In this document: positions 14,345 through 28,154 of the stretch, piece by piece
How positions within the stretch are numbered: position 1 is the stretch's first letter
Layout: each line of letters opens with the position of its first letter
From: Octopus sinensis
Taxonomy: Eukaryota
Length of the DNA stretch: 64,000 nucleotides
Direction: 5' to 3'
Assembly: GCF_006345805.1 (NCBI RefSeq)
Contig: NC_042998.1
Location: forward strand, 100,874,001-100,938,000
The notes under the pieces: generated by a model
Seen by the model: the letters and a program-made list of their open reading frames with translations, nothing else
What the model was told of the DNA's origin: nothing
The model's database searches: none
Made by a program: the position numbers and the translations under genes

Positions 14345-14760
14345 ATATATATATATACTTTTACTCTTTTACTTGTTTCAGTCATTTGACTGTGGCTATG
14401 CTGGAGCACCATCTTTAGTTGAGCAAATCGACCCCAGGACTTATTCTTTGTAAGCCTAGTACTTATACTATTGATCTCTTTTGCCAAACTACTAAGTTTG
14501 ACACCAGCATCGGTTGTCAAGCGACGTTGGCGGGGTGGTGGTGGACAAACACAGAAACACAAACATATACACACATGTACATATATTTATACATATATAC
14601 GACAGGCTTCTTTCAGTTTCCATCTACCAAATCCACTCACAAGGCTTTGGTCGGCCCGAGGCTATAGCAGAAGGCACTTGCCCAAGGTGCCCAGCCGTGA
14701 GACTGAACCCGGAACCAAGTGTTTGGTAAGCAAACTACTTACCACACAGCCACTCCTATG
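14345..14760 (-). mobile_element. Long (~400 bp) tRNA-derived SINE, second high-copy family
   Basis: Minus head ggagtggctgtgtggtaagtagtttgctt...ccgggttcagtc; body ...gtggatttggtagatggaaactgaaagaagcc...; tail gactgaaacaagtaaaagagtaaaag. Other copies near 5290, 10445, 12140, 14765, 21900, 22260, 29760, 35255. Confidence 0.85.
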
Positions 14761-14951
14761 TCTACGTTAATGTGTTTACATCTCCATAACTTAGTAGTTC
14801 AGTAAAAAGTGACTGATAGAATAAGTACTAGGCTTACAAAGAATAAGCCTTGGGGGCGATTTCTTTGACTAAAACCCTTTAAGGTAGTGCCTCAGTCAAA
14901 TGACTGAAACAAGTAAAAGAGTGGAAGAGTACAAGAGTAATACATAAATAT

Positions 14952-15000
<49 letters not shown>

Positions 15001-15499
15001 GTACACACATACAGATGCACAACCTACTTATTAAGACATTCTAGTTGATGATATAAAACTCATGATGGTCCATATACGTTATAAAAGAGAAAGCAACACA
15101 TCTGAATTAAAAGATACATATATTACCCAAGAAGTAAGATATATTGTAAACCATGCATGAAATGAAACATATCATAGTTCACTTAAACTAATCTACAACT
15201 CAACATACCAATTAATTGACTGTAACTACATTAGAATTTCAATTCTATCTTTTTTCTTTTTTTTTTTTACTTTTATACTCTTTATTTCTTTTTATCTTTT
15301 CAGTTTTCTGTTTTTGCTGTTGCCCACACCTGTTAAATATTTTCTCCCAAGCATCTTCTTTGGGAACAGAGTAATGCTTGGAATGTTATATAGTTCTCAC
15401 TCTAATCAAGTGTTTTTTTTTTTATACTTGTCTTTTTAAATTGTTCCAATGTTTCCTACTATGAAACTTGAAAATACAAACTGTTATAAAGGAAATGTA

Positions 15500-15715
<216 letters not shown>

Positions 15716-15719
15716 TTGA

Positions 15720-16272
15720 GTGAGAGAGCAGTGCATGCCATCAAAGTGACACTGGGGTAAAATATACAAAACCCTCTATACCCATCATGATTACCCGTCT
15801 GATAAGGGTACATTAGGCACATGCATCACAACCATATGTGCGCGACATGGTGATCTCATATCAAGATGAACAGCGCATGACCTTGCAGGTGGGGTCCAGT
15901 TAGAATTTTTGTCAGATAGAGTAGCCCATCCTGCTCAAAAGGTCTCCGAATAAGGGTTGTTTAAGGATGTTGAACGAAGCACCCATGTTTCCAGAGGTGA
16001 ATTATCCAAACCCCAAAGAATTCCTTTTAACACATGGCTATGATGCTCCCCTACTACTTTTGCTTGTGATCAGAGATGCACGTATCAACCAGCCACTAAA
16101 GGACATGCTCAACTGGTTAAGGTCAAACAAACTGACAAGCAAACCTGTAGTACTGAGCAGAATATTTGCTGTAGCCCATCTTTAGTAACCAAGACAAAAC
16201 AATGTACGTGAAAACACTTCCAATCAGTTAAGATCAAAAGCCATGAGAGCCACTGCCTGGTACTGCATGAGG

Positions 16273-16275
<3 letters not shown>
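15720..16275. mobile_element. Non-coding interspersed repeat abutting trinucleotide microsatellites; second copy at ~33000-33420
   Basis: ccatcaaagtgac.ctggggta...gataagggtaca..aggcacatgcatcacaacc...gaataagggttgtttaa.gatgttgaacgaa is shared between the two loci. Confidence 0.75.
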
Positions 16276-16309
<34 letters not shown>

Positions 16310-16312
16310 TAC

Positions 16313-16370
<58 letters not shown>

Positions 16371-16745
16371 AGTATTATTATTAAGGCTGTGGGCTGGCAG
16401 AAAAATTAGTGTGCTGGACGAAATGCTTAGTGGTATGTCACCCATCGCTATGTTCTGAGTTCTAATTCCACCGAGGTTGACTGTAACTTTCATCCTTTTG
16501 AGGTCGATAAAACAAGTACCAGTGAAACACTGGAGTCAATATAATTGACTCGTCCCCACCCAACAAATTTCAGACCTTGTGCTTCCAGTAGAAAAGATTA
16601 TTATTATTATTATTATTCTGCTGAGGTTGACTTTACCTTTCATTCTTTCGGTGTCGATAAATTAAGTACCAGTTGCATAATTGGGTTGATCTAATTGACT
16701 GGCCCCTCCCTCAAAATTTCGGGCCTTGTACCTAGGGTAGAAAAG

Positions 16746-16789
<44 letters not shown>

Positions 16790-17024
16790 GGCTGAGAGCT
16801 GACAGAATCATAATGTGCCAGATGAAACATATATGGTATTTTGCCCATTGCTATATTCTGAGTTCAAATTCTACCAAGGTCGACTTTACCTTTCATCCAT
16901 TCAAGGACGATAAAATAAGTACCAGTTGAACACTGGGGTCGAAGTAATCGACTCATTCCCAACTCCACCAAGCTGCCCTTGTAACAAAAATTTGAAATAA
17001 TTATCAATAATATTAATGTGCCAA

Positions 17025-17266
17025 CTTGTTCTTTTTGTATGTACCTGTAGTGTGTGTCACACTTCAAAGGAAGAAGTGAGTGCCAAAGCGCGAGAGAGAA
17101 GGACAGAGAGGAAGTAAGAGAAAAAGAGCGAGTGAGAGAGAAACAGAGAGTGAGAGAGAGAGAGTGAGCGAGAGAGAGAGTGTAAAAGAGAAGGTGAGTG
17201 GTGACGGTATTTGTTTTGTGTTTTTAGATGTTTTAGAGAGGAATATAGAGAGAAAGAGAGACAGTG

Positions 17267-17298
<32 letters not shown>

Positions 17299-17390
17299 TG
17301 TGTGTGTGTAAGAGAGAGTGAAAGTGACAGTGAGTGGTGACGGCATTTCTTTTGTGTTTTTAAATGTTTCAGAGAGAAGGTAAGAAAGAA

Positions 17391-17462
<72 letters not shown>

Positions 17463-17850
17463 TGGTGACGGCGTTCGTTTTGTGATTTAAAATGTTTATC
17501 ACATCGCAAGAAAAGTAGATACATAGATAATACACACATTGTTAAATTAAAGGCAGGAAAGAGGAGGGACATAGAGAAAGTGAAAGTGAAAGAGAGAAAG
17601 CGAGAGACAGTAGATACATAGATCCAAAGAAAAGTTGATACATAAACACAGTAAATATTGGATGCCACTTTCACTTTTCATTACCACACAAGGATAAAAC
17701 TAACTCGCAAGTGGCTGAGTACTCCACACACATGCATATTATTAACGTAGTCCTCAGGAAGAATCGGCCTCACACAAATTATGACAAGGCTGACGCTTTT
17801 GAATTACAGCTACAACTCATTTCGGCCGGCTGAGTGGACTGGAGCAAGAT
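17025..17850. repeat. GA-rich minisatellite-containing repeat, paralogous to 27940-28830
   Basis: Same order in both: tgtacctgt.gtgtg.gtcacac, units of gacagtgagtggtgacggc...aaatgtttcagagag, catcgcaaga...gatacataga, then a SINE-tail fragment. Confidence 0.85.
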
Positions 17851-18115
17851 AAATCTTCAAGCGGTTGGAAGAAAATGAAAAAAGATCCTATATTGGGGGA
17901 GGAAAATCTTTTTAGTCATTAGGGTCACTATGGGTGTTAATCCAGTCCTAACAGTGGCACTTGTGGGTCTCATAGATCTAGTGGCCAAGCCCCCAAATAA
18001 ACACTGATGCGCAGGCTGTTGTTATCAAACTGAGCATGAGTCGCGAGCGAATTCACGACGGAATAGCGATTATTTCGTCTTAGCTTTCACTGCTAAGTTC
18101 TCACGGGTCCGGCCA

Positions 18116-18179
<64 letters not shown>

Positions 18180-18181
<2 letters not shown>

Positions 18182-18430
18182 TCCGCCTTAGCGAAGGTAG
18201 AAGTATTGTTTTTTCAGTTGCATTTGTTTGTTTGTCCGCGGACGAGATATCTCAAGAACCCCCGAATGGATTTGGATGAAACTTTCAGGGATGTTTGGCC
18301 TCGTGACTGGCACGAACTGATTAGATTTTGGGATCGATCCGGTATCGGACAAGGATTCTGGATTATTTGTTATATTTACTTTGCATTACATGATTACGAT
18401 CTTACGTTGACTTTCAAGTCTTTCTCAATT
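18180..18430 (+). mobile_element. Non-autonomous Helitron/Helentron-like element; partial second copy at ~18795-18965
   Basis: tccgccttagcgaagg..gtattgtttt..gtttgtttgtttgtcc..gatatctcaagaacc..ggatttggatgaaactttcaggg..gggatcgatccggtatcggacaaggattctggattattt. Class assigned from memory of similar repeats. Confidence 0.5.
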
Positions 18431-18615
18431 ATCCCCCTTTAGGCTGTTTTCAAAGTTTTATTTTTTCTCTATTATTAATCTTACTCGCGTCTCTATCTTA
18501 GTAGAAACTGGTGGATAAAGAAAGCGAAACCGTTCAGAAATTAAATAACACTAACACATTTTTATAATATATATATATTATACATTCATATTGACACTTT
18601 ACAGTATATATATAT

Positions 18616-18678
<63 letters not shown>

Positions 18679-19146
18679 GCATCTATACATTGATCTAAAA
18701 CAACAGGATTACTAAAAGAAGGCCGGAATTTAAGAGAAGAGAAAAACAAAAGGTCTCATGTTATACATTTAATAATTCCTGAGTAGAATTTATTATTATT
18801 ACCTCTGCCTTTGAAACTATTTTGAATGCCGAATTTGCTAACTTAGTGTGGTATTAGATAAGGATAAACTATTGCTGTTACTAAATGTTCTACAGCCACC
18901 TTCACATTCCATGACTACCACTGGGATCGATCAGGTATCGGACAAGGATTCTGGATTATTTTTCTTGTAGCTTACTTAATTTTTGAGAGCGGTCGGGTTC
19001 ATTTTTAATATTCTCGTTTGTGAGAGCAATCGAGTTTATTTCAGATATTCTCGTTTTAAAAATCATCTCTGGCTAATCGTTGAGAGGATGCTGGTGTTGC
19101 CTAGGCAGATGTGTTCGCTCTCTGAGTGCTCTTGTTATTATTATTT

Positions 19147-19448
19147 GATTAAAACTCTCAGCTTATTTTGCTGGGTGTGACGGAAAGTGTCAGCTGTCTG
19201 CAACTAGCAGACTAAGGTGACATTTATTTACTGATCATACTTCAAGAACCTTGCGAAGAATTCTTGCAGTTCCAAGCAATGATGATTTTTCTATCTTTAG
19301 GCATTCTATCTTTACATTTGTACCAATCCTTTTGAGCCATGCTGGTAGTGGTAGTTGAGTGCTGATATTTCCAAGCACGCCAATTACTACTTATATCACG
19401 TCCACTTTCTTCATTGCCCACAACCTGCGTATTTCGCACTTCAAATCG
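19147..19448 (-). mobile_element. R4/Dong-type non-LTR retrotransposon 3' fragment flanked by (TAA)n on both sides
   Basis: Manual translation DLKCEIRRLWAMKKVDVI*VVIGVLGNI...LLGTARILRKVLEV*; TAA runs at ~19135-19146 and from 19449. Confidence 0.85.
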
Positions 19449-20399
19449 TTATTATTATTATTATTTTAGCTGTTACTGAAATTGATTCCAAGAAAAACAA
19501 AACAAAACAAACTCCCAGACACATCTATAATAGCTTTTTATTTTTACTTTCTATATTGTTCCTCTGGAATGTTAACGTTACCATTTTAGTTCTTTGAAGA
19601 CATTTTTAGGTACTTTATTGGGTTGGGACATGATGACATTATTATTCTACTGGGACACGAAGGCTATTTACTGTGTTGTTGTAAGTGACATGTGGACAAT
19701 ATTATGCTGCCAACAGAAGTTGCGAGGAATTGACAAAAATGATATAGCATTGGACTAAATTATGTTGCAGTATTTAATTTTGTCCCACTACATTCTGAGT
19801 TTAAAGCTGCTATAGATTAACGATTTTTCCCTATTTGGAAGTGTGGGAATGGGCAATAAAATAAATATTAATCATAAAGTTATTATTGTTAACAATAAGA
19901 TAATGATTATCATTATCATTATTTACGTCTTAACAATTTAGAAACTTCGAGAGAACGTGAAATAATTCGTTTTTAACTGTAGAACTCAAAGTAGATAAGC
20001 TATTAATAATTAGATGTAGATATTTAAAAACAATATAAAACATAATATATTGACCCGGAAGCATCGGTTGAGAACATCAGAACCATTTTGGCCTTGTTGG
20101 GTCTTGTTAATGACGTGTACTCGCAACTGGCCATATGCACTGACGAGATTTATGGCCTTTCACATACAAACGGTGAATTATGCATTCTCTGGTGCTGTGA
20201 ATAGTCGCCGGGGTGATTTTTCATCTCTCTTCGATATGTATTGCATTTTTAAACATAGCACATCTATAAGGGATTATATCTTGGTGGTAAACCACAGTAA
20301 TTTGCCTGCCAACGATGTATTTACATTATAGTACATAGATGGTTGTGTATGTGTGTGTGCATATATGTATATAGACAGATAGACAACAAATATATGTAC

Positions 20400-20562
20400 A
20401 TGTATGTATGTATGTATGCATGTATGTATGCATGTATGTATGTATGTATGTATGTATGTATGTATGTATGTATGTATGTATGTATGTATGTATGTATGTA
20501 TGTATGTATGCATGCATGTATGCATGTATGTATGTATGTATGTATGTATGTATGTGTGTGTA

Positions 20563-20641
<79 letters not shown>

Positions 20642-20642
20642 A
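20400..20642. repeat. (ATGT)n then (TATC)n microsatellites
   Basis: Directly visible. Confidence 0.98.
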
Positions 20643-21057
20643 ATGGAACAAAAACGCAATAGAGGACAATAAAACATCCGGACAGATAGAGGATACAAAT
20701 GCGGACAGGAAAAGCAACAAATAGAGGAAAAAGAAAAAAGAAAAAAAAGGACGGGTCATTCGTGGCCTTCTTTCATCAGTCAAATTTCCAGATTGTTCTT
20801 ACAGTTTCGGGCAGTTACACTGGAGACTGTTCAAATCTGGTTGCCCACCAAAAGTCAATGCTTTGAGCATTAGATTTTTTTGTAAGAAAGTAAGCGAATG
20901 TGTACGACAACAAAGAAAAAATAACAGAGACCATGTTACACAATTACAAATACAAACAACAAGAATATAACACCAGGTGTCTTTCGACTAATGCGGATGA
21001 ATCAAATTGAGCTGGCGTGTATAGAGTGAAAGCTTGAAGCAGGAACATAGGAGATGG

Positions 21058-21094
<37 letters not shown>

Positions 21095-21339
21095 AAATGA
21101 AGTGGAAACAGCTGTAATTTATGAGGTGTGTCATTTGTGTAAAATATTTAAATTGAATTGAATTTGTAAGTGTTCAATTTGTTGTTTTGTTTTCTGTTTC
21201 TTATTTATATTTATATATTAATAAGCTGTATTCTTTTTCTATTTTCTTTTTACTTGTTTTATTCACTTCACTGACTGCAGCCATGCTTTGGCACCACCTT
21301 TAGTCGAACAAATCGAAGAGTTATGTACATTATTTACGT

Positions 21340-21725
21340 GGAGGCACAATGGCCCAGTGGTTAGGGCAGCAGACTCGCGGTCATAGGATCGCAGTTTCGA
21401 TTCCCAGACCGGGCGTTGTGAGTGTTTATTGAGCGAAAACACATAAAAGCTCCACGAGGCTCCGGCAGGGGATGGTGGTGATCCCTGCTGTACTCTTTCA
21501 CCACAACTTTCTCTCACTCTTACTTCCTGTTTCTGTTGTACCTGTATTTCAAGGGGCCGGCCTTGTCACTCTCTGTGTCACGCTGAATATTCCCGAGAAC
21601 TACGTTAAGGGTGCACGTGTCTGTGGAGTGCTCAGCCACTTACACGTTAATTTCACGAGCAGGCTGTTCCGTTGATTCGGATCAACCGGAACCCTCATCG
21701 TCGTTACCGACGGAGTACTTCCACC
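21340..21725 (+). mobile_element. Well-preserved tRNA-derived SINE (~385 bp), third family; truncated copy at 22740-22890
   Basis: Head ggaggcacaatggcccagtggttagggcagcagactcgcgg...gtttcgattcccagacc (A and B boxes); tail ...gtggagtgctcagccactt is also seen reversed at ~17710 and ~28730. Confidence 0.85.
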
Positions 21726-21771
21726 ACATTATTTACATTTGACGGATATTTGTCCTCATCTTGTTCATTTT

Positions 21772-21812
21772 AACGTTTCGGCTGATATACCTTCCAGCCT
21801 TCACCAGGTGTC
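21772..21812 (-). ncRNA. Hammerhead remnant in a duplicated Penelope-like end (more decayed copy near 22100-22140)
   Basis: Minus: gacac CTGGTGA a GGCTG gaaggtatat CAGCC GAAA CGT T. Perfect 5-bp stem II, A6->G, 3' strand of stem I missing. Confidence 0.55.
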
Positions 21813-24612
21813 TTGGGGGAAATTTCGAACCTGGGTTCTCACTCCTAAGATAGTTTTCGATGTTATTTCCACGGGCATATAGCGTAGTGGTTAAGAGCGC
21901 GGGCTCTTAAAAATAACTGTGTGCGAGTGTGTGTGTGATTGCGTTTGCGCCCCTCCCCATCATTGCTTGACAACCGATGATGGTGTGTTTGCGTCCCCGT
22001 TACATAGTGGTTCGGCAAAACAGACCGATAGAATAAGTACTGGGGTCGATTTACATTATTTATATTTGATGGATATTTGTCCTCTTCTTGTCTGTTGTTA
22101 ACCCGCTTTGGCTGATATACCCTCCAGCCTTTATCATGTGTCTTGGGGAAATTTCAAACCTGGGTTCTCATTCCTAAGGTATTTTTCGATGTTGTTATTA
22201 TTATTATTATTATTATCATTATTATTATCCAGGTCACTGCCTAAAATCGAACTCGGAATCTGTTTTGCCGAACCACTATGTAACGGGGACGCAAACACAC
22301 CATCATCGGTTGTCAAGCAATGATGGGGAGGGGCGCAAACGCAATCACACACACACTCGCACACACACACATATATATATATACGACGGGCTTCTTTCAG
22401 TTTCCGTCTACCAAATCAACTCATAAAGATTTGGTTACCCCGAGGCTATAGTAAAAGACACATTGCCCACGTTGCCACGCAGTGGGACTGAACCCGGAAC
22501 CATGAAGTTGGGAAGCAAGCTTCTTACCACTCAGCCGCCCCTGCACCTAAGCTTATTTTTTTATTATTTACCTATTGGAATAACATTGTTATTGATATAG
22601 GTAATATAAACCAGTAAATTCTTCGGATATTTAATATTCCTTAGGTGAATTTTACACTTAGCTAAATTATTATATATATATATACTTACACTCACACACA
22701 TTTATATATACGCACATGCACATACATACGTACATACGCGCAATGGTCCAGTGGTTAGGGCAGCGAACTCGCGGCTTCGATTCCCAGACCGGGCGTTGTG
22801 AGTGTTTATTGAACGGAAACACCAAAAGCTCCACGAGGCTCCTGCAGGGGATGATGGCGAACCCTGCTGTACTCTTTCACCACAACTTTAAACGGTAGTG
22901 CATCAGCATGGCCGCAGCTCTGAGCTGAAACTACAGAAAAAAAATACAAATTTGAGAACTTCCAATACTCAAAACCCTCGGATCTAATCTCTGTCGTTTA
23001 AATAATGTGTGTGTGTGTGTGTGTGCTTACGCACGCAGAAAATCAGGTTGGTCACGACTGGAGCCATTTTTAATCAAAGCTACGCTCAGTCATAACTGGT
23101 CTGGGGCTAAAAGACAGTTAACAGTTTTCTAAAGGATGGATTTCAGTCAATGGAATCAATCTTAGTACATTATTAGCGGTGAATTAACAGAATCATTAAA
23201 GCGTTAGATAAAATGCCTTGCGATATTTCTTCCAGCTTTCTGCTTTGAGTTGAAATCCTGCCAAGTTCAACTTAGCAGGATTGATGAATAAAGTATCAGT
23301 CCAGAATGAAATGATTTACGGTATGTGTTCTGTTCTTTTACGTTCTGAGTTCAAATTCCGCCTTAGTGTTGATCACGGGAGCAACCCGTCTTAACCACAA
23401 ATTACTAACGTGGACATGTTTTCAACCAGAATATATATATTTCTTTATTGCCTAGAAGGGGTTAAACATAGAGGGGACAAACAAAGGGATTAAGTTGATT
23501 ACATCGATCCCCAGTGCGTAACTGGTACTTTATTTATCGACCCCGATAACTCAGCAACAGCATGTCATGACTGTGTTCCAGCAGTAATTCGAATTTGGCT
23601 GAATGACTAAAGAAACATGATCTTGGAAAAAAATAGACAAAGGGATAGACTGCTGGAGAGAGAAAGAGTGAGAGAGGAGGGGAAAGAGAGAGCGGGAAAG
23701 AGAGGGAGGGAGAGAGAGAGGTAGAGAGAGAGGGAGAGAGAGAGGGAGAGAGAGATGAGAGAAAGATGTATAGAGTGCCTGTAAAAAGGAAAAGAACAGA
23801 AAATAAAATCAAGTCAAACAGTGTAAGTCATCTAGTTCATTGTTCCCTCATTTTCAGATTGTAATGCTAAAAATTGCTTCACAAAACCCTCTTAAACCAA
23901 CATTTCTCTTAACATGTATAGTCCATGTGTTTCGATTCATTTTAAAAATAACTAACCATCAAATTAGAGGGAGTCAGTAAAACAACCGTTTCCTTATTAA
24001 GCTAGTGTTTGAAACGTAACAAAAGGTTCTTTACATGGAATTATTAGGATAAGTTTCAATTCAGATACGAACAAGCGTGTTTTGTTTAATAGAACCAAAA
24101 GTGGTCTCAAGGGGATTTTTTTTTCCAAAAGGGTTAATGCGTTTTACCAACAATCCTAAATCGTAAAATATGAAATTTATCTTTCGCTTTCAACATCGAA
24201 TAAATTTAATTACGTAGATGATAAAGTGTGGAGCGATGGTCATGTTTGTAACGCTACGGTACGAAAACGTGTTACACTATTTTGATTCGTCTCTCTGAAA
24301 TTCTAAAGTTTGCGTTTAAATCTCTTCAAGGACGTCGATTAATAAAGTACCAGTGATACACCAAGGTGAATTAGATGGACTATAGTCGTCTTTTACATAT
24401 TTATTATATTAATTTCTAAATGTGTCGCATGAGTGGCGTGTTGGTGCGATGTGGATCTGGTCAAAGGAGATATATTCTTTTGGCTGCGTGAATAATAACT
24501 GAAGCACTATCGCGAACATTTAAGTGAATATTTATTGCTCGACAGAAAGTTATTAGGTGTTGGCTGGAGAGAGAGAAAACGAGGAAGAGAAAGAGAAAGA
24601 GAGAGAGAGAGA

Positions 24613-24647
<35 letters not shown>

Positions 24648-25849
24648 GAGGAGGAGGAGAGAGAGAAGCGGCACTGCATCCGTTGAAGTTACTTATGGGA
24701 CATTGTGTGAATGTTCAAAATGAGTCAGTCCGAGAACCCGGAGTTGTATGCGCAGATTTCACTGGCAAAAGTGGAGGCGCTCTTCGCTCAACAGGCTTCA
24801 ACTCTCTGCAATTAATTGAACGTCAAAACGGTCTTTTATAGTACAAGAACATTCGAGAAAACCATATCACGTCACAGCCTCACGCTGACTGATCGATCAC
24901 CGATTACGTGAAACTGTAACGTCTGGTTATCTAGCGGTTGGTGTTTCGAATTATGAAATTTGGGGAATCGATTAGTAAATCTAATCGATTCCTGTACTTG
25001 ACTGGTACTTATTTTATCGACTCCCACCATCTCGAAAGGATGAAAAGCAGAATTAACCAATAATACCTTGCAGTTTATAGTTAAGATTATTTATACTCCG
25101 TGTTCAAATAATCAGATAAATCAATTTTCGTCCGTTTCCATAGTGAGTATTCACTTATTCGATCAACTGAACTATCTACTCATTTAGCGCATAAGCAGCT
25201 GAGTGTTCCACAAACAAATGTACATTTAATTCAGTTCTCATGCGGAGTCAACGTTATATCTGTCTAAGACGGTTGGGTGTAATTTTAGGGAGATTTGGTT
25301 ATTATTTTTAGCAAGTGAAACGACCATGTAGAGAAGCATCGCGTGACTATGTATAAAGGAAAGAAAGAGAAATTAGGAAGAGTTTTGTTCGGTATTCGTG
25401 CAATTACAATTGGAAACAATAGCAATATGAGTAGCTAATGATGTAATTAGCTACTTACTTGGATATCATGGTCGATGAATTAGGGTCATAGAGATCTTGC
25501 CTGTTGAACTGGTTGCGATTTAGAAGACAAGAGCTTTTGAAGACCATGTGATGCACTAAAGCATCCATTTTTTGTGTGTTTTTTTTTTGTTTTTTGGCTT
25601 TTGCTGGTGGCGTTGCGAAAATGGTTGACCACTTACTAGTAGGTGTTGGTGTTGTTAGGTCTTCTGCTCCGAGTTTAGTTTTATACTCTGCTGTGGCTAC
25701 ACCAGAGAATGAACTATGTGGATGTTTTTGTTTTGTAAGCCTTAATTATGTGAAGAATGTGCAGAAATATACCCAGTAGAATGATATTGGGTTATTGGCA
25801 GTAGAATGACTGAAATAGGTTTCCTTTATTTATTTGTTGCAAAATTATG

Positions 25850-26900
25850 TTTATTATTCGGCCGTTTAACCTTAAATACCCAGATATTGGCTCATTACGC
25901 AGGTTTTCTACAGGTGGTCATATGACCTGGTCATATGATGGTCGAGTTCTAGCTTTACACAGGCTATCCGTTCCCATCACATGTTTGTTCGCTGGAGCCC
26001 CTAATCAGCTTTATAAAGAGGAATCTTTCCCACTATTCTTCAATGAGTTGGGAGGCACAGTTGGTTGCAGAGAGCTTTGACGCACTGTTGTGTTCTATGT
26101 AGCACATACCACCAAGTTCCAGTTGTTTGAAAACCTAATATGGATATTTTCTGACAGTATCATTCAAGATGCTGTACTTTCCATTAGGTGTCTGAATAAA
26201 GTGTGACAGTCAATTACAATTCTTGTCCTCGTATTGTTTTTGATGTTATACCTGACTCATTTGGAGCCTGGGAATTGTAATGTTACCAGGGCCAGAACCA
26301 CGCTATCCAGCTTCTTAAATATTCATTGATTAGGCGATCTTGTGAGAGTAGGGACAGTGATCCCTATTTTTATGAGAAGAGCTGGGTGCCATTTGAAAGA
26401 AATTTGCTTGTTATTGGGATCGAACGACCACATAGAGGCTCTCCCGTTAGCTCGTTGTTGTTATTGTTGCTCAGTAAAGTAGAATACCCTCGTTTTATAT
26501 ATTGCACAATCTACAATAAACTCCTTTGATAATTTGAAGCACCGTATAGAATCCACTTGTCTGAATTAGGCCTTATCACTAGCTATTACTGTGTAGTGGA
26601 TCTTGCAAGCATGAAGTGGATTTGATCCACCATAGCCAAATTTAAATTAACACTGCAACAGAACATTTCCCACGGTGGAACAATGGTTTTTCTCTGACAG
26701 CAGTTTTACATTTTCCAGATGCCTTTAGCTAGGCCAAAATAATGTCTTCACCACTTGACCCTTTCTAACCTCTTCTACTTCATCAAAAGCTAGAATAGAG
26801 ATAACAAGACCGCCAACTAAATCAATTTTTCTCAATGATATATCCATCCTTCTGGATAGTTATAAAAGCAAGAACATCCCAAGCATTCTATCGCTCTCCG
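25850..26900 (-). pseudogene. Possible heavily decayed Penelope-like RT fragment
   Basis: Scattered frame pieces resemble PLE RT motifs in the expected order: LAM(G), RQVDSIRCF (cf. RYVDD), FYFTE..NNNNEL, DPNNKQISFKWH, HCPYSHKIA, NGKYSILNDTVRK. Many stops and frameshifts. Confidence 0.3.
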
Positions 26901-27418
26901 CAATTACTACTAAACAATGATGAGAACCCAAACACAAACTTTACTTCGCATGCTTTTGGATTTATCATAACCTGCCCGTCGAGGCAAGGTATTGTAACGT
27001 AACGGTAAATAAATACTTTCTTAAAACTTCATGCATTGTCAATCTTTCACATCTTACAACTTGCCGTCATAACAATTTTTATCGTTACAACTGTTGACTC
27101 CGACATTTCATATTTTTGTTTACTAATCAATTTCTCCCGTAACAACTGTATTCAAACAATTTAATTCTGCACGGCAGTTTCGAGATATGAAAACACATTT
27201 CCATCTCACGCACGCAATCATGCACGCACGCATACATACACGCGTGTGCACTTTCACGTACGCACGACATGCGTATGCCTGTTGTCATTTTATTTTGCGA
27301 ATTGCTCGCCAATGGAGAGAGCCAGTTTCTAACCCCATAAACAGGCTTTTTTCAGTGGAATTTAGAAATCAACGTCAGTCGTATTTATATGCAGATATGA
27401 ACAGATGTATGTATGTAT

Positions 27419-27419
<1 letters not shown>

Positions 27420-27463
<44 letters not shown>

Positions 27464-27467
27464 ACAC

Positions 27468-27501
<34 letters not shown>

Positions 27502-27575
27502 TCACACACACACACATACACATACACACACACACACCACACACACACACACACACTCACACACTAATACACACC
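27420..27575. repeat. (CA)n microsatellite
   Basis: Directly visible. Confidence 0.98.
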
Positions 27576-27599
27576 TTGACTTCGCAAGCGAGCGAAGAT

Positions 27600-27890
27600 T
27601 TACGATGGAGGATGTTCACGTTAAATGCTTGACGAGTCCAATCCAGGACAAGCAGGCACAACCGCAGATACTACATGGGCTGGTGGGCTGGTCAAGGTTG
27701 GTCATAGTGTCTTTGTTTTTCATTCTTTTTCTCTCGTCCGCTCTGATTGTCCTGTAGGTGTTTTTCAAAGGTTTCACAGTCAGCGGCAAGAACAGACCAC
27801 TGGTGAACACAACCCAATATATTAAGCATCGTGGAGTAGGTGACCAACTGAACCACCTAGATATCTGTGAAGCAACCAAGTCAGTCAGCG
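27600..27890 (-). mobile_element. RTE-clade LINE 3' fragment
   Basis: ORF 27616-27879 ends ERKRMK...CSICGCACLSWIGLVKHL, matching the RTE C-terminal CxxCxxxCxSxIGLxxH motif. Confidence 0.85.
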
Positions 27891-28077
27891 ACCGCTATCG
27901 ATCAACCAATTATCAATAATATTAATACGCTAACTTTTGTTTTTGTACATACCTGTTGTGTGCGTCACACTTACTTCAAAGTAGTGGCAAAGCGAGAGAG
28001 AGAGGAGGACAGAGAGAGATAGTGAGAGTGAGAGAGAAAGGGAGAGTGAGAGAGAAAGGGAGAGTGAGAGAGAATGT

Positions 28078-28154
<77 letters not shown>

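Noticed and set aside
20050-20331. 93-aa non-repetitive ORF as a possible host exon
   Set aside because: No recognisable homology, and the candidate splice-bounded segments contain stops.
21340-21420. Bona fide tRNA gene
   Set aside because: It has A/B boxes but no complete cloverleaf and continues into a SINE body; the same holds for the other heads.
24715-24820. Short ORF MSQSENPELYAQISLAKVEALFAQQ, faintly like a gypsy gag start or a host first exon
   Set aside because: It is only 31 codons, with no continuation or splice donor I can support.
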